A DNA stretch of 24,000 nt. Source: an uncultured Chloroflexia bacterium. Lineage in GTDB: Bacteria; Chloroflexota; Chloroflexia; Thermomicrobiales; UBA6265. The stretch spans positions 568,784-592,783 of the forward strand of contig CAWDSC010000004.1 in assembly GCA_963804925.1 (NCBI GenBank), given 5' to 3'. Below the pieces are notes generated by a model that did not search any database, was not told the DNA's origin, and saw only the letters and a list, made by a program, of their open reading frames with translations. How positions within the stretch are numbered: position 1 is the first letter of the stretch; each line of letters begins with the position of its first letter. Below are positions 18,186 to 24,000 of the stretch, piece by piece. The position numbers and the translations under genes are program-made.

Positions 18186-18551
18186 TGTTGCGGACCTGAG
18201 TTCACAGATGGGAAACGTCGTGCGATGAACTTCACGGCACTCAAAGTGCCGTGCTGAGCATGACGAAGTCCTTCCAGGACTGGTGATGATGAGACGGTTT
18301 GCTCAGGGGAATTCAGGAGATCCCGCATTGAGCGGGTCGCGGAGGTAGTTGTCTTCCAGGTACCCGGCACTGAAGTGCCAGGCTACGAAAAACAAAGTCC
18401 CGTTGAGACTACGACGAAACCCGAATATGTCCCGAACGGTTTCCCACCGAGGTCAGCCCTGGAAGGGACCTCGTCTTGTAAGCCCGGGGTTTCAACCTCG
18501 GGAACTGTGGGACTGAGCGACAGCGCTGCAACCTGAGATAACTGCCTCGAA

Positions 18552-19466
18552 TTAGCGTGGAACCTGGTGTTTCTCTGCGGCGTGGGATTGGAAGCGCTCC
18601 AGCACCAGCTCATTGCCGGAACCATCTCCTGTGCTGAGCGCGTGCATCTGCTGAATCTGATCGTCGGTGACATGCGGGTTCGCCGATTCATGGCGGACCA
18701 TGATCGTCACTGCAGTGATGGCGCCGAGCGTGTCGGCGATGAGATCGCCGATCGTGTCGCCCCAACCATGGACTCGGCCCGAGCCGAAGACGACATCGCT
18801 GAGGTATTCGTACGTTTCCCAGGTGACCCCGGCGATCAAGAGGCTGATCATCGCGGAAACGATCGCGCGCTTGATCGGGCTCATCGCCATCACGCCGCGG
18901 CGATCGAGAAACGTCAGTGATTGAAATGCCCCGGCGGCTAGCGCCGCGCCGCCGGCAAAATGGACGAATTTATCGTACGGAACAACCTTTTCATACAGAT
19001 GCCCTGCCGTGCCGAGCGTGTCGGCAAGCGTCGCTCCTACCACGAGCAAGTGCGTTTGCCAGGCCATTCCACCTTCTTCGACAAAAAGCGCATCAAGGGA
19101 GAGGACCACGGCAAGCGTCGCTGTGGTCTGGAAGAGCTGATACCACCAGTAATTGGTGAATCCCGGATCGATGATCTGGCCGATGATCAGGTAAATGATC
19201 ACCCCGCCGAGTCCCATGGCGGTATAGCGGGCAGCGCGGGAGGTGCGAAGGACGACAGGGACATTCCGATAGATGCTTGTAACCATTGAGGAAAGCGTAA
19301 AGCGTTCGTCGTTGGTTGCGATTGTGCGACTCGCCGGCATGAGCGCTCCTTCGGAAGGTTCATTGATACGGGACTCGGCGGCGGGTCGACGCGTCACGCC
19401 CTCCCAAAATACACCGCGATCGAACGTTTGGCTATCCCTCTGCCATGCAAAGGAAATTTCCGTCAA
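18552..19466 (-). CDS. Uncharacterised polytopic membrane protein (weak VanZ/YjdF-like flavour)
   Basis: AAGGAG lies 6 nt upstream of the TTG at 19466. Five to six hydrophobic segments are present. The motifs YDKFVHFAGGAAL, WETYEY and GDTIGDLIADTLGA recall small VanZ-like membrane proteins, but I cannot assign a family from sequence alone. Confidence 0.6.
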   Translation of the reverse strand: MTEISFAWQRDSQTFDRGVFWEGVTRRPAAESRINEPSEGALMPASRTIATNDERFTLSSMVTSIYRNVPVVLRTSRAARYTAMGLGGVIIYLIIGQIIDPGFTNYWWYQLFQTTATLAVVLSLDALFVEEGGMAWQTHLLVVGATLADTLGTAGHLYEKVVPYDKFVHFAGGAALAAGAFQSLTFLDRRGVMAMSPIKRAIVSAMISLLIAGVTWETYEYLSDVVFGSGRVHGWGDTIGDLIADTLGAITAVTIMVRHESANPHVTDDQIQQMHALSTGDGSGNELVLERFQSHAAEKHQVPR

Positions 19467-19546
19467 TCGCTACTCCTTGCGATATCTGAACGAAAACGCT
19501 CACGTCTCGTCGTGGATTCATTGCCTGAAACACCCGGTTCCGCTCG

Positions 19547-21412
19547 TCATTTCGGGGTATTTGCCGGAGCGAATTGGGACGCGAGTGTTTCCTCGCTGGC
19601 CGGGCGGATGGCGATCGTGCGCTCATTCCGATACGTTACCATTCCGGGGCCCGCGCCTTTGATCTTGCGGACGAAGCGGCGGCGCGTCACATCGACTTCT
19701 GCCTGACCACCATTGCGTAACGAGCTGTAAAAGCCCGCCAATGCCGCAGCCGCCTCAACGGTTTCATCCCGTTCCTCGCCGTCCGGATGCTGCCAGCGAA
19801 TGATCACGTGGGAGCCCGGCACGCCTCTCGCGTGCAGCCAGGTATCGTTTGGTCCGGCGATGTCGAAGGTCACCTCGTCGTTTTGCGCGCCGTTCCGACC
19901 GATATAGACGGCGTTGCCTTCAGCGTCATAGAGCGGGCGAACGCGGCGTCCCTGAGGCAACTTGCGCGGGCGTCCACCCTTTTGCTCCCCGGCGATTCCC
20001 TGCTGGATCCGGTAGCGCTCCCATTCGGACAGCAGCGCTTCAATGTCGGGAAAGGACTGCGCCTGTGAGATCTGCAACTCGAGTTGATCGAGGTACTGGA
20101 GATCGACCTTCGCCTTCTCCGTGAGCTCGGGCAGGTGCTCTCCCGCGTTACGGCCCCGCCGGTAGCGCTCGAAATAGTCCTGCGCGTTTTCCTTGGCCGA
20201 TTTCGTTGGATCGAGCGGGATCGTCAATCCATCGGTCACCAGCTCTTTTTGTCCTGATTCGATCTGCCAGAGATAGGCGTAAATGAGATCGCCCCAGATG
20301 CGATACTTTTCGCTCGCCTCAGCGCGGGACGCCTCGTCAGTCAGCGACGCCAACCGTCCCTCGACTTTCGAGCGCACAGATGCAATCGATGCCAGCAGGC
20401 GTTGTTTGCGGGCATCGTGACGGCCCGGAGCGTCGCCAGCGCCGATCTGCACCGCTTCAGCTGCCGTCGAGATGCTGGCGACGATCTGCTCCTCAAGTGT
20501 GGCTGCCAGATGTGTCATCGGAATCGCGGCAAAGGCGACGGCTTCTGCGTCGTCACGATAGATCCTCGGTGACCAGGATTCGGTCAGCATCGGCTCGAAG
20601 AGATGGCGTATCGCCGGGGCGATATCGTTTGGCGCTGTAGCCGGCAGCGCGTCGATCGAGGGGTTGACCTCCCCTGTTGCGAGAAAGGCGATCTCACGGG
20701 CGATCTGCGGGCTGACGCCGCGAAACGATCGCACGAGCCAGGCAGGCAGTGGTCCGGTGGCGTTGGCCTGTATGAAGAGATCGCGAATGCCTTCGGCGGT
20801 GACACGACGTGGATCAGGACGATCCATGGGCGGAGGCGCGGAATAGTGGATGCCAGGTGCGATCGGCCGCACGCGGCTCATCCGGTTCGTCACCCGTTTG
20901 GCGCTCTCCATGATCCTGCCATCGTCGTCCACGAGAATGATGTTGCTGTGCCGTCCCATGATTTCGATGTACAGGTGAACATGCGTAGCGGCGTCTATGC
21001 CATAGATCGCCTCATCGTCCTCGGCTGCATCGCGATCGGTCTCGGCGTGCGCAAGTTCGTTCTCCTCCCGCGAGGTGAGGATGCGCTTGGCTATACTCAA
21101 CCGGACAATGCGCTCGAGCGGTGGTTGCTCGATGCCGATGATGATGCCGCCACGCGTGTACTTGCGAAGCAAGAGTAATAGCGGTGTCACCATCGCCACG
21201 TCGATGGATGGTTCGGTCGCGCTGAGGTGCAGGCGCGGATCGCGGTCGTCGGCGCTCAAAATGAGCGTGCGGCGCCGGCCATTCGCGTAGACTTCGGCGC
21301 CGAGCGTGCGCCGGTCGATATGGCCGATGCGCTGGATGCGGCCATCGAGTATCGTGCCGGTGAGTTCATCGGCGATTGCCGCGATGGTAAGCACATCGAA
21401 CACGTCGTCCAA
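19547..21412 (-). CDS. rqcH: NFACT family protein (RqcH / fibronectin-binding protein A homologue, ribosome quality control)
   Basis: The N-terminal NFACT-N pattern is present (FDVLTIAAIADELTGTILDGRIQRI ... HLYIEIMGRHSNIILVD), followed by a central coiled-coil region. The C-terminal NFACT-R/DUF814 block is also present (YIGRNGAQNDEVTF...DTWLHARGVPGSHVII). The start is either the TTG at 21412 or the better-spaced GTG at 21403. Confidence 0.85.
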   Translation of the reverse strand: MDDVFDVLTIAAIADELTGTILDGRIQRIGHIDRRTLGAEVYANGRRRTLILSADDRDPRLHLSATEPSIDVAMVTPLLLLLRKYTRGGIIIGIEQPPLERIVRLSIAKRILTSREENELAHAETDRDAAEDDEAIYGIDAATHVHLYIEIMGRHSNIILVDDDGRIMESAKRVTNRMSRVRPIAPGIHYSAPPPMDRPDPRRVTAEGIRDLFIQANATGPLPAWLVRSFRGVSPQIAREIAFLATGEVNPSIDALPATAPNDIAPAIRHLFEPMLTESWSPRIYRDDAEAVAFAAIPMTHLAATLEEQIVASISTAAEAVQIGAGDAPGRHDARKQRLLASIASVRSKVEGRLASLTDEASRAEASEKYRIWGDLIYAYLWQIESGQKELVTDGLTIPLDPTKSAKENAQDYFERYRRGRNAGEHLPELTEKAKVDLQYLDQLELQISQAQSFPDIEALLSEWERYRIQQGIAGEQKGGRPRKLPQGRRVRPLYDAEGNAVYIGRNGAQNDEVTFDIAGPNDTWLHARGVPGSHVIIRWQHPDGEERDETVEAAAALAGFYSSLRNGGQAEVDVTRRRFVRKIKGAGPGMVTYRNERTIAIRPASEETLASQFAPANTPK

Positions 21413-21461
21413 CCTTTCAGATCGGGCAGCGCATCGGGCGCTGCGAGTGGTAGGAGTAGCC

Positions 21462-22146
21462 GTGAACGCCGACGTCTCAGGTATTGATCCCTTCGCCGGC
21501 GATGCATTGCTGAACGATCTTCGAACCCGTCACCGTCCGCTGGTGTTCCTGCTTTCCGGACCTTCGGGTGTCGGCAAGGATAGCGTCGCCGAGCGATTGC
21601 AGCGTCCACCGGAAGATGGCGGCATCGAGGATATCAAGGTTGTCGTCACGGCGACCACGCGCGAGCGGCGACCGGGCGAGATGGATCTCATCCACTATGA
21701 GTTCCTGGAACGCGAACGAATTCGTCGTCCGCCTCGAACAAGGGTACTTTCTTGAGAACGCCTCCGTGTACGGGCAAGGCAATCTCTACGGCGTGCCGCG
21801 CCATCAGATTACCGGAACGCTTGCGGATGGACTCAATCCGCTCGTTAAGATCGATGTTCAGGGCGCCGCGACACTGAAGCAGCTCATTCCGCAGAGCATA
21901 GCGATTTTTCTAGCTCCTGAATCAATCCAGGCGCTGCATGATCGCCTGGCCCAACGCAACTCTGAGGATTACGACGCGGCGACCAGGCGTTTGCGCACCG
22001 CGATTAGCGAGCTTGAGCGCAGCGCCGGATTTGACTATGTCGTCGTCAATGAAACAGGCAAACTCGAGGAAACAGTGAAACAGCTCCGGGCGATCATCAT
22101 CGCCGAACGGCTGCGAAACACCCCCTGCCCGCCACCGCGACTCTAA
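21462..22146 (+). CDS. gmk: Guanylate kinase; frameshifted near 21714-21717 as given
   Basis: The P-loop LSGPSGVGKDS and TTRERRPGE...YEFLER are in the frame of ORF 21306..21755. The continuation EFVVRLEQGYFLENASVYGQGNLYGVP... is in ORF 21568..22146. The GTG at 21462 has AGGAG 5 nt upstream. Confidence 0.88.
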
Positions 22147-22164
22147 TTGAGGAGATCATCACTC

Positions 22165-22716
22165 GTGATTCGACCCGCAACTATTGACGATGCTCCGTTC
22201 ATGTGGGACATGCTATGGGAAGCTGCCGCGATCAGCGACGAAATGAAAGCACTTGGCAAGGCGACGGCGCTCCGCCGTCCCCAGGTCGCAAAATATCTCA
22301 ACGAATGGGGTCGGCGCGGCGACGCCGGCTGCCTGTTTCTGAACGATCGGAACGAGCCGGTTGGCTCGGCGTGGTATCGCCTTTTTCCGCGCGAGAATCC
22401 TGGTTACGGCTTCGTCGCCGAGGACATCCCCGAGTTGACGATCGGCGTCCTTGAGGATGCCCGTGGCCGGGGTGCAGGAAGCGCCATGCTCGAACATCTT
22501 CTGGACCATGCCAGGCAAAAAGGGTATCCCGCGGTCAGTCTATCGGTTGATCGGGATAATCCTGCCCGCCACCTCTACGAGCGTGTTGGATTTGTGGACG
22601 CCGGGATCAGTCAGGAAACGGATAGCTCAGTCACCCTCGTGATTCGTTGGGATGCCGGTGTCATTGATCAGCTGACTGCGACATCCCCGGCGACCATCGC
22701 CACCGATTCTTCCTGA
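22165..22716 (+). CDS. GNAT family N-acetyltransferase
   Basis: (V)IRPATIDDAPFMWDML..., the acetyl-CoA motif ARGRGAGSAMLEHLLDHARQKGY, and NPARHLYERVGF are present. The GTG at 22165 with an upstream GAGGAG is preferred over the TTG at 22147. Confidence 0.8.
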   Translation: MIRPATIDDAPFMWDMLWEAAAISDEMKALGKATALRRPQVAKYLNEWGRRGDAGCLFLNDRNEPVGSAWYRLFPRENPGYGFVAEDIPELTIGVLEDARGRGAGSAMLEHLLDHARQKGYPAVSLSVDRDNPARHLYERVGFVDAGISQETDSSVTLVIRWDAGVIDQLTATSPATIATDSS

Positions 22717-23213
22717 TCGGCATCGTTGGATGGGCGAATCGTCGAGCGATCGACCACGCGATCGAGAAAGAGAATGCCGTCGAGGTGATCGATCTCATGC
22801 TGAAGCACACGGGCGACCCAGTCGACTGCTTTGATGCGAATCGTGTGCCCTTCGAGATCCATCGCCCTGACAGTGATCGACGTATGCCGGGGCACATCGG
22901 CGACCCAGCCAGGGATGCTCAGGCAACCTTCCGTCGCTGATTCATTGCCGACCGCGCGTACGATTTCCGGATTGATCAAGGTGTAGTCAACGTCTTCGGC
23001 ATCGTCCGAGATGTAATCTCCCGGCACGTGGACGACGATAATCCGCTCCATCACGCCGACTTGCGGTCCCGCCAAACCGACGCCCGGTGCATCGAGCATC
23101 GTTTCGCGCATTTCCTCCGCGATGGATCGCAGCCGGTTATCAATGTTACGGATCTTGGCCGCCCGCTGGCGAAGGCGAGGATCACCTTCAACCACAATGG
23201 TCATTAACGACAT
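22668..23213 (-). CDS. def: Peptide deformylase
   Basis: The three signature motifs are present: GVGLAGPQVG, EGCLSIPG, QHEIDHLDG. AGGGAG lies 9 nt upstream of the ATG at 23213. Confidence 0.92.
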   Translation of the reverse strand: MSLMTIVVEGDPRLRQRAAKIRNIDNRLRSIAEEMRETMLDAPGVGLAGPQVGVMERIIVVHVPGDYISDDAEDVDYTLINPEIVRAVGNESATEGCLSIPGWVADVPRHTSITVRAMDLEGHTIRIKAVDWVARVLQHEIDHLDGILFLDRVVDRSTIRPSNDADQEESVAMVAGDVAVS

Positions 23214-23302
23214 TCGTTTGCGCTCCCTATAGACGCCACACATTGACGTCTTTGCACACCTATTTTAGCCACCTTTTGATCAGGCGACGCTCAATTCGTA
23301 GG

Positions 23303-24000
23303 TTAAAGAACACTTTGGGGGTCAACATCGATGGTCCAACCTGGCGGCGTTGGCAGATCGTCAAGCAATCGCTCAATGCCGCCAGGATCGGCGCGAAGGA
23401 TGAGCTGCCACTGGTGCTCGCCGGCGATGCGATGCGCGAACGCGGGCGTTGGCCCCATCAAATCGATTTCGACGTCCTGATCGCGGGCATGGCGAGCGAG
23501 GGTGTGAGCCAATTCATCAGCTTCGATGGAGCATTGCTCGTCCGTTGATCGCCGAACGACATACCGCACCAAACGTGTGAAGGGCGGATAGCGATGCTGG
23601 CGGCGAAACAGGACCTCTTCTTCGAAGAACGCATCGAAGTCGTGCTGGGATGCTGCTTGAATGGCGTAGTGGGCAGGGCTGTACGTTTGAACGATCACTC
23701 GTCCCCCACTCCGCCGACGCCCGGCCCGGCCTGCCACCTGGGTCAGAAGCTGGAATGTGCGTTCCGCTGCCCGGAAGTCGGGGAGTTGCAACAGCGAGTC
23801 AGCCTGGATCACCCCAACCGCCGTCACATGAGGAAGATCAAGTCCCTTCGCGATCATCTGCGTGCCGACGACAATGTCGATCTCGCGCGACTCGATCTGG
23901 TGGAGTAGCCGGTCCTGTGAGCCTCGGCGGCGGACGCTGTCCTGGTCCCAGCGAGCAACTCGAGCATTGGGAAATGTAAGTTCGGCCATCCGGGTCAACC
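23303..24000 (-). CDS. priA: Primosomal protein N' (replication restart helicase PriA), 3' portion; the 5' end lies outside the window
   Basis: The ORF is open to the window edge. It carries the helicase C-terminal motifs VGTQMIAKGLDLPHVTAVGV and QVAGRAGRR and the PriA-type C-terminal domain. It lies directly upstream of def, as in many bacteria. Confidence 0.85.
   Translation of the reverse strand, partial: LTRMAELTFPNARVARWDQDSVRRRGSQDRLLHQIESREIDIVVGTQMIAKGLDLPHVTAVGVIQADSLLQLPDFRAAERTFQLLTQVAGRAGRRRSGGRVIVQTYSPAHYAIQAASQHDFDAFFEEEVLFRRQHRYPPFTRLVRYVVRRSTDEQCSIEADELAHTLARHARDQDVEIDLMGPTPAFAHRIAGEHQWQLILRADPGGIERLLDDLPTPPGWTIDVDPQSVL

Noticed and set aside
18448-18473. GGUCAG-CCCUGGAAGGG-ACC hairpin resembling SRP RNA domain IV
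   Set aside because: The 3' side lacks the conserved AGCA/AGCAGC strand and the symmetric loop. The sequence folds more simply as a plain bulged hairpin.
18477-18520. RNase P-like strings (minus strand ACAGUUCCCG...CCCCGGGCUUAC; plus strand AAAGUCCCG at 18394)
   Set aside because: The CR-I-like and CR-V-like pieces are in the wrong order and spacing on either strand. The other conserved regions (GGUAAGGGUGAAAGGGUG, AGAUGAAUG) are absent.
18264-18536. Stop-free stretch of 90 codons on the plus strand in the unexplained intergenic region, and an in-frame TGA TGA TGA triple stop at 18284-18292 in another frame
   Set aside because: No ATG/GTG/TTG with an RBS gives a product longer than about 54 aa. 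Third-position G+C is about 56 percent (50/90 by hand), no higher than the local background. The peptide is unrecognisable.
18194-18537. 7-bp direct repeat ACCTGAG at both ends of the tatC-downstream intergenic region, as possible target-site duplication of a MITE
   Set aside because: No terminal inverted repeats lie inside the direct repeats. A 7-mer coincidence over this distance is not compelling.

Overview
This is a GC-rich bacterial chromosomal segment made up almost entirely of housekeeping genes. I found no rRNA, tRNA, CRISPR array, transposase, integrase or recognisable defence or secretion locus. I do not see a convincing new multi-gene system and prefer to say so. Gene order, left to right: a partial ICL/PEP-mutase family gene (+); a GT4 glycosyltransferase (-); thiC (-) with an intact TPP riboswitch and attenuator; a Tat-signal serine hydrolase of the beta-lactamase family (+); a DEAD-box helicase with a C-terminal zinc ribbon (-); a large membrane-bound processive GT2 synthase (+); and a DHFR-family (RibD C-terminal domain) protein (+). 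These are followed by a translation and fatty-acid cluster on the plus strand: yceD, rpmF, fabH, a low-GC DUF559-like insert, fabG, accC, nusB and acpP. The window ends with tatC (+), an uncharacterised polytopic membrane protein (-), an NFACT/RqcH homologue (-), gmk (+), a GNAT acetyltransferase (+), def (-) and the 3' part of priA (-). Four things deserve a second look. (1) Seven single-base reading-frame disruptions fall in five otherwise well-conserved genes (GT4 x2 compensating, thiC, hydrolase x2, helicase tail, gmk). One pair cancels out, so a gene caller would report an apparently intact but internally scrambled protein. Because essential gmk is hit, uncorrected assembly indels are more likely than true pseudogenes, but the sequence as given is broken. 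(2) A low-GC, active-site-degenerate DUF559-like gene is wedged between fabH and fabG and bracketed by two copies of a CCCTCTCCC/GGGAGAGGG palindrome. (3) About 360 bp of hairpin-dense sequence between the convergent tatC and membrane-protein genes is unexplained. (4) The orphan GT2 synthase carries a roughly 150-residue insertion inside its catalytic domain. Frequent GTG/TTG starts, strong GGAGG ribosome-binding sites, the presence of rqcH and the yceD-rpmF arrangement suggest a GC-rich Terrabacteria lineage such as Chloroflexota/Thermomicrobia. That lineage assignment is only a guess.
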